NCBI RefSeq assembly: GCF_004010195.1
Contig: NC_057719.1
Location: 49,665,771-49,729,770, forward strand
DNA length: 64,000 nucleotides
Direction: 5' to 3'
DNA from: Chiloscyllium plagiosum
Taxonomy: Eukaryota
The notes beneath the pieces are model-generated. The model was not told the DNA's origin and did not search any database. It saw only the letters and a program-made list of their open reading frames with translations. Numbering within the stretch: position 1 is the stretch's first letter; each line of letters opens with the position of its first letter. Position numbers and translations under genes: made by a program. Positions 1 through 12,275 of the stretch are shown one piece after another.

Positions 1-614
1 TCGAGTTACTGGAGGTTAGAAGCTAGGATGAGGTGGGGAAGGGGAAATGAGGAAACTGTTGAAATCCACATTGATGGCCTGGGGTTGAAGTGTTCCGAGG
101 TGGAAGATGAGGCGTTCTTCTTCCATGCGTCTGGTGGTGAGGGAGCGGCGGTGGAGGAGGCCCAGCACCTCCATATCCTCGGCAGAGTGGGAGGGGGGGT
201 TGAAATGTTGGGCCACGGGGCGGTTTGGTTGATTGGTGCGGGTGTCTCGGAGGTGTTCCCTAAAGCGCTCTGCTAGGAGGCGTCCAGTCTCCCCAATGTA
301 GAGGAGACCGCATCGTGAGCAACGGATACAATAAATGATATTAGTGGATGTGCAGGTAAAACTTTGATGGATGTGGAAGGCTCCTTTAGGGCCTTGGATG
401 GAGGTGAGGGAGGAGGTGTGTGCACAGGTTTTACAGTCCACCCTCCTCTAGCTTATCTCTCCATGTTTCAGGCTCTCTGCCTTTATTCCTGATGAAGGGC
501 TTTTGCCCGAAACGTCGATTTTGCCTGTCCTCGGATGCTGCCTGAATTGCTGTGCTCTTCCAGCACCACTAATCCAGAATCTGGTTTCCAGCATCTGCAG
601 TCATTGTTTTTACC
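1..614. mobile_element. Penelope-like retroelement fragment: GIY-YIG endonuclease end (minus, 16-441) joined to an inverted pseudo-LTR (plus, ~439-614)
   Basis: ORF 16..441 FTCTSTNIIYCIRCSRCGLLYIGETGRLLAERFREH is a PLE GIY-YIG. The plus-strand tail matches the PLE tail at 32440-32579. Confidence 0.9.
485..520 (+). ncRNA. Minimal type I hammerhead ribozyme motif, intact core, in PLE pseudo-LTR
   Basis: attc CTGATGA(489-495) a GGGC tttt GCCC GAAA(509-512) CG TC^ gatt. Palindromic ACGU replaces stem III. Predicted cleavage after 516. Stem I is weak. Confidence 0.75.
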
Positions 615-3008
615 TTTTTGAAAGTTCTTGCCTAATACTGTCAAAATTGACCTTTCTCCAATTTAGAACTTCAACTTTTAGACCTGGTCTATCCTTTTCT
701 ATCACTATTTTAAAACTAATAGAATTATGGTCACTGGCCCCAAAGTGCTCTCCTACTGACACCTCAGTCACCACCTCAGTCGCCTTATTTCCCAAAAGTA
801 GGTCAAGTTTTGCACCTTCCCTCGTAGGTACATTCACATACTGAATCAGAAAAATTTCTTGTACACACTTAGCAAATTCCTCTCCATCTAAACCCTTAAC
901 ACTATGGCAGTCCCAGTCTTTGTTTGGAAAGTTAAAATCCCCTACCATGACCATCATATTATTCTTGCAGATAAGTGAAATCTCCTTACAAATTCGTTTC
1001 TCAATGTTCCTTTGACTATTAGGGGGTCTATAATACAATCCCAATAAGGTGATCATCCCTTTCTTATTTCTCAGTTCCACCCAAATAACTTCCCTGGATT
1101 ATTTCCGGGGAATATCCTCCCTCACTACAGCTGTAATCAAAAATACACCCCTCCTCTCTTGCCTCCCTCTCGGTCCTTCCTGTAGCATTTGTATCCTGGA
1201 ACATTAAGCTGCCAGTCCTGCCCATCCCTGAGCCATGTTTCTGTAATTCCTAAACTATCCCAGTCCCATGTTCCTAACCATGCCCTGAGTTCATCTGCCT
1301 TCCCTGTTAGGCCTCTTGCATTGAAATAATTGCAGTTTAATTTATCAGTCCTACCTTGTTCTCTGCTTTGTCCCTGCCTGCTCTGACTATTTGACTCGCC
1401 TTTGTTCTCAATTGTACCAGTCTCAGATTGAAATCTTTCCTAACAACTTGCTGGGTCCCACCCCCCCCCCCCCTTACTAGTTTAAATCCTCCTGAGCAAC
1501 TCTAGTAAATCTCCCTGCCAGTGTATTAGTCCCCTTCCAATTTAGATGCAACTTGTCCTTCTGGTACAGGTCACTTCTATCCCAAAACAGCTTCCAATGA
1601 TCCAAAATTGAGAATCCTTCTCCCATACACCAGCTCCTCAGCCATGCATTCATCTGCTCTATCCCCCTATTCCTGCCCTCACTAGCTCATAGCACTGGGG
1701 GTAATCCAGATATTACTAGTCTTGAGGACCTCCTTTTTAAATTCCTGCCGAACTCTCTGTAATCTCCCTTCAGAATCTCAACATTTTCCCTTGTGTACAA
1801 TGGTTCCAATGTGTACAATGACCTCCTGCTGGCCCCTCTCCCCCATGAAAACATTCTGCACCCTCTCTGGGGCATCCTTGATCCTGGCACCAGGGAAGCA
1901 ACACACCATTCTGATTTTTCACTGCTGGCCACAGAAACGTCTCTCTGTACCTTGGACTAGAGAGTCCCCTAAGACAATCAATCGCTTGGAACCCCTCGTA
2001 CCTTTCATTGCATTAGAGCAAGTCTCAATACCAGAAACTTGGCTGTTCATGTTACATTTCCCTGAGAATCCATCACCCCCTACATTTTCCAAAACAGCAT
2101 GCTTGTTTGAAATGGGGATTGCCACAGAAGACTCCTGCACTACCTGCCTATCTCTCTTACTTTTCCTGGAGTTAGCCCATCTATGTGAGTGTATCTGAGA
2201 CATCCTCCCTTCCTATAACTGCCATCCATCACATCCCCTTGCTCTTGTAAATTCCTCATTGCCTCTCCAACCAATCCATTTGATCTGAGAGGATTCGCAA
2301 CCAATGGTATTTATTGCAGATATAATCCTCAGTAACCCATAAACTCTCCCTAAACTCCATATCTGACAAGAAGAGCACTCCACTAAAGGCCATTTTTTGC
2401 TTCTTTCAATCTACACACCCAGAAAATTACAGTCTTATTCCCCTACAAAACACTGCTCCAGGTTATATTAATACTAATGGCTTATATTTTAAGTTTAATC
2501 AAGCAACATAGCTCAATAAAACATATAATCAAGAAAGAACCCACTCTACTCACTACTGCAGACTTATTTTAAGGCCCACGTTTAAAACATCCACTTATCT
2601 GTTTCTATTCTGTGACCTCTCCCAACAGGTTTCTCCAAGATCAGTTGTGAATTTCACTGTTTTTTAATTTTCCCAGATGCACTCTGATGTCCAGCGATAC
2701 AGGAATTTAACAGCAAAGGCAGTAACTGCTAACTCTGTCAGTTGCAATGTGGGTTTCTTCCTTTTTCTCTCTCTCTCTCTCTCCTGCACTGATCTCATCC
2801 TGTGCATCCTTTGTCTGTTCTTTTCCCTTTTAAAAGTGCTGTTGTTTGGACTTTTTTCTCCAAATTTCCAAAACAATACAACAGCATATAAAACAATAAT
2901 TGCTGCTCCTGGAATTCGAGGAAATCACCTCCAAAACCTAAAACATCTCAAAAAAGGAGCAACTGTTACAGCCAGAAATTTTTCCCATCCTCCATCTTGG
3001 ATTACCCA
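615..3008 (-). mobile_element. CR1-type LINE, 5' half (5'UTR, ORF1 with SGNH esterase, ORF2 AP endonuclease), frameshifted
   Basis: ORF 610..1080 has YYRPP, GDFNFP, PTREGAKLDLL, SDHNSI. ORFs 1919..2203 (IVLGDSLVQGTERRFCG) and 1687..1932 (LVISGLPPV) are esterase-like ORF1 pieces. Confidence 0.9.
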
Positions 3009-3519
3009 GATAGTGCAGAAATTAATGGAGCCTTGAGTTAGGAGCCTTGACTTAACATTCCAGGACAGGTCTTCAGACTCCTTTTCCAATTGCAGCCAGC
3101 TGCTACATTTCCAAAGTCATGCTCCTAAGCTCCCTCTTGCCATTGTCAGAACATTTGCAGTCTGCAGCACTCTGTATCTCCTTGAGGAGAAGGATCTCCT
3201 ACTCCCTAAAACTATCTGAACAACCTTGCACGACCTCCTGTCGTACCTGAGAATCTGCAAGCCTTCTAGTCACATCAAGTTCAAATACATCCTACTGCTA
3301 CCTAAAGGCACAGTACACTGTGACATTTTCCCAGTGACACCATGTGGTCTTTGCCTCTACCAGTCTGTGGTACTGAGTAAGAACTGATTGGCTATTTCCT
3401 GTTGTCTTTGCATTGTTTTGGGTCTATCTAGTGATTAACAGGAGACGATCCACTACTGCAGAACATCTATAAAAGAGGTACTTCTCTTAAAAAAAGCATT
3501 GCATAATAACAATAATTCA

Positions 3520-3838
3520 CCAAAGATCCTTATAGAGCACCTTTCAAATCCACAACCACTTCCATCTAGAAGGACAAGGACAGCAGGTACTTGGGAACAC
3601 CACCACCTGCAAGTTCTCCTCCAAGTCATTCACCACCCTGATTTAGAAATATACCACCGTTTCTTCACAGTTGTTGGGTCAAAATCCTGAAATTCCCTCC
3701 ATTGTGGGTCAACCCAAAGCAAGTGGACTGCAGCGATTCAAGAAAGCAACTCACCACCACCTTCTCAAGGGCAAATAGGGGTGGACCATCAATGCTGACC
3801 AAGCAGCGACACCCAAGTCCCACAAATGAATAAAAATA
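3520..3838 (+). mobile_element. 3' end of CR1-group (Zenon-like) LINE, same family as 60070-63468
   Basis: Colinear with 63135-63468 (cacctttcaaatccacaaccacttccat...caccaccaccttctcaagggc...aatgaataaaaa). Confidence 0.85.
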
Positions 3839-4249
3839 ATAATTAAAACTCTATCTGATACAAATGATTACTAAGCTCTGAGGGAGCTGGTACAGATGCT
3901 CCCTCCAAAAGCTAGAACCCCTTCTCTCCACTCACACTGTAGAATGGATGGAGCCAATGTAACATGATCATTAATCCCTTCAGAACCATTATTTTATATA
4001 ACATATATCTCCCCTTTAAGAAGTGCAGACTGCCTTTAAGTGGTATCAACTCAATCTGTTTTCCTGCCCGCAGTTCCACTCAAACTGACTGCACTGCCAC
4101 TAACCAGCATAGGGAGTGCCGGCTGTGTGTCAGTCTCGTTATAATGGACTAACACAATTTCACAAACATTAACTGGAGCATTTAAACAGTATTCAAATAG
4201 TCACAGTGTAATCTACAAATGACAAATCAGGACACTTTTACATGTGCTC

Positions 4250-4600
4250 TATCAGTCTTTTATTTTGATTTTGTTAGAATACAAATGAATGCAGTAACAA
4301 CAATCAAAAGGAAAAAAATGTTCTTTTTAACCAAAGGCCATATCATTAAATAAATAATAAAAAACCCAATGCAAGGACCTTTACAAAAACTTTATTTGAC
4401 ATTAACACCCATTCCCATGTAATTTTATAAAGTTTAAATTGCAATGATGTTGTTTTTAATAATTTATTGTGTCATACTTATATTGTATACCATAGATCTT
4501 TGCTTCAAAAAGTAATACTGTCATAATAGCATACTATTTCACACAACTAAATTATATTCACAGAATATACATCTTCGTGCATTTTAAAACTTAGCTGCTT
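4250..4600 (-). promoter_or_regulatory. SLC35F4: Probable SLC35F4 3' UTR with candidate polyadenylation signals
   Basis: AT-rich, repeat-free sequence after the stop. Minus-strand AATAAA at 4463-4468, 4391-4396 and near 4260. The true cleavage site cannot be determined. Confidence 0.5.
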
Positions 4601-4842
4601 TTAAGCTAAAGGAATTGAAACTGTTCCGTTTGCTCTACTTCTGCTCCGAGTGTGGACACTAGACTCTGTGGTGTCTTCTGTTTGATCTTCATTCTTCTTC
4701 TCCTTTAATCTGTTAATAAACCTTAAAGTTATTTCATCCCATTCTTCAGGAAGAAGCATGAGCAGGAAGCCAATGCATATGATAGTAGTGGCAGTCAATC
4801 TCACCATACTAAATATCACTTCGTGCTTCATAAGGTCAACAG
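4601..4842 (-). CDS. SLC35F4: SLC35F4 terminal coding exon (242 nt to TAA)
   Basis: ttttttacacag|CT GTT GAC CTT ATG...TTA GCT TAA. The C-terminus LLPEEWDEITLRFINRLKEKK...RANGTVSIPLA is diagnostic for SLC35F4 rather than SLC35F3. Confidence 0.95.
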
Positions 4843-5432
4843 CTGTGTAAAAAAAAGATAACGCAGTATCAATAATGCAAATTAAACAGTCTGACCTGGA
4901 ACTTTATATAATTACAGAAAACCATATGCAAATTAACAGTTATTCAGAGAAGCCTCAAAGTTATCCCATTGTTTCCGTCTATCCTAACTAAAAGTATGAA
5001 ATTTTATACCTAACAAGTTTTAACTTGTCACCTGAATAAAACCAGGCTGAAGAATCAGATGCGCTGTTTTATAAAATTGCAGAATTCTGGAAATCACCAT
5101 AGCTGGTTTTACCGCTTTATCCTCTACTAGTAAAATGGGGATTACCTTAAAGCAGTAATTTTGTGAATACATCCTAAAGGTTGAAACTTCATGCCTGCAA
5201 TTCCAATAGTTGATCATTAATGTTTTTTTTCAAGTATCATGAACAGTAAATGCCTAAATGCCTGGTAGATGCAGCCAGAGGTAAGCTTCTCTGATACCAT
5301 GGCAAACTTAAATGAAACTAAACGTGCCTGCGGAAGAAAAGAACAAACCAGCAGTTTTATTGTATTTTTCACATCTTCAGAACTTCCAAAAGTGATTTGC
5401 ATCCAATTCATTCCCAGTTCTTCTTTGAAATA

Positions 5433-5630
5433 GTGCCTTTGGATCACCATCCACCTGAGCAGGCCAATGGAGCCTTTGTTTATGTGTCATCCACAAGACA
5501 GCACCTCAAACAATATAAAGCTCCCTTAAGCACTGAACTGGAGTATCAGCCTTGATTTTTATCCTCCAGCCCATGAATGGGATTTGAACCCAGAACTTTC
5601 TGCTTCAGAAACAACCAATCCACGGCTGAT
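5433..5630 (-). mobile_element. tRNA-derived SINE with Deu-like core (SacSINE1-like), decayed
   Basis: Minus-strand B-box GGTTCAAATCCC near 5578-5590, followed by a decayed Deu-domain-like body (ccacctgagc...tcatccacaagacagcacctc). Recognised from memory. Confidence 0.6.
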
Positions 5631-5689
5631 ACAATGTAAACAATGAATTGCCAGAGGCGTTGAGAATTATTACACCATAACTCACAATG

Positions 5690-6882
5690 GATCTAAGGAT
5701 AAACCTAGAAGATGAAGATTATGTTGCAGAGGTGTATAAGAAGTTCCAAAATGTACTTGATAAAGTGACACAGAACAGGCTTCACAGCAAATCTAAAGCT
5801 TGTAGAATAAAAAAGCAACAGTGGGAGAGTGGATATAAAATTGAATGAATGAGAAGAAACAGAGGGTAGTGGTGGATGATTGTTTCTTGGACTAGAGAAT
5901 GGTCTACAGTAGGGTTCTTCAGGGGTTGGTCATAGAATTACCGCTCTGCTTGATGCATGTTAAAGCCCTTAGACACTTAAATACAGGCACATTTTCAAAA
6001 CTTACACTTGATATAAAGTTTCAATATTGGAGTAAGGAGGATAGTAACTTCAAGAAGATATAGGCAGGATGGTTGATTGGGTAGACAAATAGCAGATTAA
6101 TGTTAATGCAGAGATTAGTCAAGTGATTTTTTTGGTGGGAAGAACAAGGAGAAGTAATAGAAAAGAAAGGATCTAATTCAAAATGGAGATGCAAGAACAG
6201 AAAGGCTAGGGGGTGTATGTGCACAAATCAGTGAAAATGGTGAAGCAGTTTGAGAAAGTGATTGAAAACCCCTTTTTATGGTATCCTGAGCTTTACATTG
6301 AGTACAATAGCAAGGATGTTATAATGAATCTCTGTAAATATTAGCTTGGCCTCAACTGGATTGTTGTATCCAATTCTGGACACCATGTTTTTGAAAGGAA
6401 GTGAAGGATTCATGCAGAAAATATTGATGAAACTGGTTACAGAAATGATGGCCTTCAGCGACATGGCTAGTTGGGAAAAAGCTGGGGCCATTCTACTTAA
6501 TGAAGATTGAGGGGGGAAACGGATAAAACGCTTCAAAACCATGAAGGATCTTGAGTAGATACTGAAGAACTGGCTTCATTAGCAAGAAGGCCAAAACCAG
6601 TGGACATTGATGTGAGGTAAATGGCAAAAGAACTGATATTGACATGTGAAAGCAGGCTTTTTTAATGCAGTGTATGTTTAGGATGTAGCCCGAGAATGTG
6701 GTGGAGCCAGCTCTGATTGTGGTCTGAAAAGGGAATTAGATAAGTACATGGTGACAAAAAAAAGTCCAAGGCTCCTGGAAAGGACTAGGGAGAGAAACAA
6801 ACTAATTTATTCTTGAAAATAGCTAGAACACACATGATGGGTTGCATAGCCTCCTTTTGTATATAACTATTCAATGATTCTA
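5690..6882 (+). mobile_element. Old, highly decayed CR1 RT and 3' end
   Basis: Remnants of FDKV, RVVVDDCF, IQFWTP and a CR1-like 3' UTR, with many stops. Confidence 0.7.
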
Positions 6883-7480
6883 AACATAAATTCTGAGAAT
6901 TTTTGAATTGAGTCAATCATAACAGATTGTCACAAGCTTTATAATGGGTAGTTGAAGGAATATCAGCTTGATGCAGAAGTATCAATTAAAGGAGACATTT
7001 TGCACTACAACAGTTATGCTTGCGAGCTATTGGAGTTAAAGAGGAAGGGGAACTTACTGCCCTAAAGATGCACTGGGACTATATGTCTCTGCATCCCTTG
7101 ATTGGCCAGTGATGGTAATGCAAGAGCTCACTTTGCAACTTTTTATAAAGTCAGCAAGCGTCATCCAATAAGGTCAAGAGCATCCTGATTCCTCCCATTG
7201 TTCACCCCAGAACTGTCTTATCACCACCAAAGGTTAGTTTAAGTATGTGGATTTTCAAACCCAATTTTAATGTTACTCACAATTGTGTTCAATTGCATCA
7301 AGTCTCAATGTGCTGTATGACTTACTTGGATTTTTTGGTTTGGCGTCAGTGCATTGATCTTGTTACATGTTTTTGGCCATTTTGCTTTTTGATTCTGGAA
7401 ACTGAGCTCACCCAAACTCCACAAATAACATGTGATCATAAGTCACTGATAGCTATTGTACACTGTTCTGGTCTTCTTAC

Positions 7481-8002
7481 ATGAAGAAGGATATATTGGC
7501 TTTGGAGGCGGTGCAGAAGAGGTTCACCAGGCTGATTCCAGAGATGAAGGAGTTACCCTATGAGGGGAGGTTGAGCCACCCGGAACTGTACTCGCTAGCA
7601 TTTAGAAGAATGAGAGGGGATCTTATAGAAATATATAAAATTATGAAAGGGACAGATAAGATAGAGGCAGGCATATTTTTTCCACTGGTGGGTGAGACTA
7701 GGCCTAGGGGATATGGCCTCAAGATTAGGGGGAGTAGATTTAGGACAGAGATGAGGAGGAAATGATTTCCCAGAGAGTAGTGAATCTATGAAATTCTCTG
7801 CTCAATGAAGCAGTAGAGGCAGCTTCATTAAATATATTCAAGTTGGATGGGTTTTTGCATGGTGGGAGAATTAAGGACTATGGGGATAATGCAGGGAGGA
7901 GGAGCTGAGACGATGGATAGATCAGCCATGATCTTAATGAATGGCGGAGCAGGCTTGATGGGCCAAATGGCCTACTCCTGCCTCTATGAAACTATGAAAC
8001 TA
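7481..8002 (+). mobile_element. 5'-truncated CR1 3' end
   Basis: ORF 7481..7765 KKDILALEAVQKRFTRLIP...RRMRGDLIEIYKIM. Ends in a (CTATGAAA)n tail. Confidence 0.9.
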
Positions 8003-8058
8003 TTCAAATAGTACTGGCTGAGATACCTTCTTTAATTCACTGTCATTAATACCAATTA

Positions 8059-8264
8059 CAGACGAATCTCAATTATCCGAAGGACATGGGCGGGGAGTAT
8101 TTCGTTTGATTTTTGAAAAGTCTTGAATTGAGTCAATCATAACAATTTGTCACAACTTTTATAATCAAATTCTGGATAATCGAATGCCGGATAACATTGT
8201 TTAGCGATCCTGCTGGATAATCCGTTATTTTGATAATCGAATGTCGGATAATCGAGTTCCTTTG
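8059..8264. mobile_element. Tc1/mariner (pogo/Tigger-like) MITE
   Basis: TA flanks at 8057-58 and 8265-66. Imperfect TIRs: cagacgaatctcaattatccga vs reverse complement of the right end, caaaggaactcgattatccga. Internal GGATAATCGA repeats. Confidence 0.7.
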
Positions 8265-8844
8265 TATAATGGCGTTACTTCTGTACTAGCTGAGATTGTA
8301 ACTTACAATCATTGTAAAGAATAACAGATGTATATAACAGCCATTTATTTGATCTGAAACATGGGACCTAAGGAAGGTGTAATGGCTCAACGAAAAATAA
8401 GGGGGAATAAATAAACATAGGTAGATTAGAATGTGAAAATATGCGAAGCTCGATGGATTTAAAAACATCTTACATTCAGAATTAGTTATATCTATTACAA
8501 GTGGATTAGAAAATTACATAAAAGAGTTGTGGAAATTTCACAGGAATAAATATAACTAGTATTTGCAAGAGCTTCGCAGTTTTCATTGGGTTTTCCCAAG
8601 GGAATAATAAACTAATGGCGTAAAAGATTGAACAACATTGCAGCTACTAAATGGAAACACCCAGTAACCTTGTCTCAAATGCTTTCAACTGGGAATACTT
8701 GATACAATGGAATAAAAACAGGTGGGTGATTCACTTAACTAGAGTTTCATCCAGACAGTGATGGCAAAAATATCTGCCAATGTTTTGTCACTAGTGTAAA
8801 ATCTTTGTAACCACGACGTATAGGCAGTACCCTATTTGTTTTAG

Positions 8845-9741
8845 GAGGCATGGTTAGTAAGTTGGCAGAAAACACCAAAATTGGTGGTATAGTCGAGAAG
8901 ATAGTGATGAAGATTCTTACAAAGAGAACTTGATTGATTAGGTCAATGGGCTGAGGAGTAGCAGGTGGAGTTTAATTTGGATAAATGCGAGTTATTGCAT
9001 TTTTGGTAAACAAACAAGGGCCGGACTTGTACAGTTGATGCTAGGGCCCTGGGTAGTGCTGTCAAACAGAGATAAATAGGGGTTGAGGTACATAGCTCTT
9101 TGAAAGTTGCATCATAGGTAGACAGGGTGATTAAGAAGGTGTTTAACACACTTGCCTTCATTGTTCAGACTATTGAGTATTGGAGTTGAAATGCCATATT
9201 GTGGTTGTACAGGACATTTTGGAGTACTGTGTACAGTTCTGGTCACCATCCTATAGGAAGGATATTATTAAATTGGACAGGGCTCAGAAAAGATTTACCA
9301 GGATGTTGCTGGGAATGGAGGATTTGAGTTATAAGGATAGGCTGGCACTTTTTGCACTGGAGTGTAGGAGGTTGAGAGGTGACCATGTGGAGGTTTATAA
9401 AACCATGAGGGGCATGAATAAGATAAATAGCAAAGGTCTTTTTCCTAGGGTGGGGGTTTCAAAACTAGGGGCATATTTTTAAAGTGAGAGGAGAAAGATT
9501 TTAACGTGGCCTGATGGACACCTTTTTCACAGAGGGTGGTTTGTATGTGGAATTAACTGCAGAGGAAGTGGTAACTACAAGTACAATTACAACATTTAAA
9601 GGACATTTGGACAGGTAAATGAGTTTTTAAGGAATATGGGCCAAATGCAGACAAGTGAAACTAGTTTAGTTTGGGAAATATGGTCGGCATGAACGAGTTG
9701 GAATGAAGGGTCTGTTTCCATGCTGTGTGAATCTATGTCTA
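8845..9741 (+). mobile_element. 5'-truncated CR1 3' end
   Basis: LEYCVQFWSPSYRKDIIKLDRAQKRFTRML and tail gaagggtctgtttccatgctg. Confidence 0.9.
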
Positions 9742-10438
9742 TTTAAACATTGGAGGTGTCATCTGTTAGAGACCTTTGCTGCTTCTTCCAAGGAAGACCA
9801 TCTAAGCTCCATGCCAGCCAAGGGGTGGAAAGGTGGCCAGCATGTCTTCCCCTGTACTCAAGATCTGGGAGGAGAGCTGATCACTGGCAGCTCTCACATT
9901 CAGCAGCATCAAGGAGATGGCTATGGTGGCTGCAGGACCCCTGGGACTGTGGGGTACCCAGCACAAGGAGGAGTTAATAGTGGGATTCTTGGGTTGGGTA
10001 CAAGAAGGGGTCAGTAGCAAGGTTGGGGGAGTAGCTCCCAGTATGCACTCCTTTACTTGATGTTCAATTCCTTAATGTGACACTGATCTGGGATCCTCCC
10101 ATTCCCCATTTGAGGTGTCAAGCCACCACAGCTTAACAAATATTGTTAACAACACTGTATGATGACAGGCCTGGCTGCAGCTGGATTAGTCCTAGCTGCA
10201 GAAGGCTATGTCCCTTAAGTTTTGATTAATTGACCTCAATTGTCAGCAGCACAGGAAGGTTGATCATGGTGGAGGCAGGAAGGCAGCGAGGTTTAGTTAC
10301 AGCACCACCCTGTCTCATCAAGTGTCCCACCTCCAAGCTTTCCACCTTGGGCACAGACGTTTTCACTCTTGGAAAATAATTTGGCAATTTTACTCCATCA
10401 TGAAGGAACAAAAGAGCAACAGTGAAGAGATATATTAC

Positions 10439-10528
10439 CTGCATTTCCAGGGACACTCAGGACAGTTCCAATAGAAATGAGTATAGGATATGTTAATACA
10501 ACACCAACGTTCACAAGAATATTGAAGG
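10439..10528 (-). CDS. SLC35F4: SLC35F4 coding exon (90 nt)
   Basis: tatacag|CC TTC AAT...AAT GCA G|gtaata. (A)FNILVNVGVVLTYPILISIGTVLSVPGNA. Phase 1/1. Confidence 0.95.
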
Positions 10529-12029
10529 CTGTATAAAGAAAGAAAATGAGAAGGACATTTAATTTCTGATAAGTTATTTTCAACACTTTCATATGTAGGG
10601 AGAATGACAATATAACAAGTTGTTTGTGGAGACATCAATTATTGGCTTAATTGATAGCAACTTATCTTCAGAAACTGTATTTTTTTTAAAGGGGGGTGGT
10701 TATCAAGCAAACAAGCCCAGCTAGCGTTGTCATCTGAGTAAAGTAAGATTACTGAGGGTCAACATTTATCTTCACAAAGAATATAGAGAACAACAATAGG
10801 TGGCTGGAGTCTTGCCCAAGTCAATACTAACTCCTTCTCTTACAATCTGTATGAATTTGTTTCTCTCCATCAAAATATTTTTAATTAAATGTAGATCTTA
10901 GTTAAAACATATTGTTATTCTTATTACAAAATCTGGGGCCAATGAGGTGAACAGCATTACCATTATGAAGAGTAAATCAGACAGCGACTCCTGGTGATTG
11001 CACAGACAGAGTTGAATAAGGATATCAGGAAGTTACTGCTTAAAGGTCCTTGCTCTTCCATAAATGCTGCTACGACAGTATGTCAGCAAGAGACTCAACA
11101 TTGAAGACCATGAAGGATGTAACTGTGATATGTACCAATTGGTTTTCCACTAAATAAATCAAAAGGTTAGGACTTGCATGTCCAATAATGTGTAAGTGGA
11201 TTTATAATAGTGTTCAATCTTAATTTCATAATTATTAGAAAACCCAGCTGCTTTGACATTGATCTTTAAGGAGTTTTGAGAAGATTTGTAGCATTGTCTT
11301 TACCTTAAAAAGTGCACTGTCACATTCCTTCAGATATTATTTATTGTTAGAAGCTTGAGGGTGTAAAGATTAGTGATATTAGTCAATATCTTATCCTGAT
11401 TCCACACTCTAACTGCCAGTTTAGATATTGCAAGTCTTGTGAACACCTTGCCTCTGTCTCTACTCAGAGGGATCACCATTCAATTTCCAGTTCAGCTGCT
11501 TTTGACTTTCTTCTTCAGTGCAGATTTGGTGGAATTGCTGAAGGAGGTGCCTACATAATTCTTTCAGTCAGATAGGAGTGATGCTGGACTTCTGCAAGAA
11601 GTGATGTGGATTTTGCTGGAGAAGAGGAGGCGAGCTGGGAACAGAAAGCATTGCCTTCAGAGAGCTCTCTCCCTTCCTCCTCAGCCAGTCATAGCTTCAA
11701 GTAACAATACTTTGCCAAGGACGTAAGCACTGAATTATGGCACTTTCTCAAATTGGACATGTAACTCCAGAGCAGTGCCACGGTGATGTTTATGCCTTAC
11801 GACATTTCCAGGTAAGGGTGAGCAACATCACCAACACTGCAGTTTCGCAGCTGTTGTGGCATTACGGAGATTCCTATATACAATGAGTAAGGAATTTAAT
11901 GATACAAGAATAAGTGGAAATATAGGTTGGCAGGGAGACACAGAAAGGTTACAAAGAGATACAGATTAAGTGAATGAGCAACAAGGTGGCGAAAAAAAAT
12001 AATGTGAGGAACCATGAGGTTATTCACTT

Positions 12030-12275
12030 GCGCAGTGCCAAACATACCAACTGTACACATGGCTAATGATAGACTGAAGACCCAGCCAAATGTGGACTGA
12101 TCTCCTGCAGTGACAGTGATGCTGTGTGTAGGAACATCCATTGGTGTCCTCAAACAATGGGTGCATAGTCTTGGCTGCTGAAGGGGAGCTCCACAGGACT
12201 CTCAAGAGTCTGTCTTGTGATTCATGGTTATCTGTTGCATTTTCCACAACCTGGCAATATTGAGGCCACAGCCTT
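12030..12275 (+). mobile_element. Decayed PIF/Harbinger (HARBI1-like) transposase C-terminal fragment
   Basis: Translates SIGVLKQWVHSLGC*RGAPQDSQESVL*FMVICCIFHNLA, resembling IGVLKxRFRCL..GGALQYSP...VVCCxLHN. Followed by a Glu-rich purine tract. Confidence 0.65.

Noticed and set aside
16..441. GIY-YIG ORF as a host nuclease or homing endonuclease gene
   Set aside because: Truncated, homologous to decayed copies at 32000-32260 and 55040-55350, and attached to a PLE tail. It is a transposon remnant.
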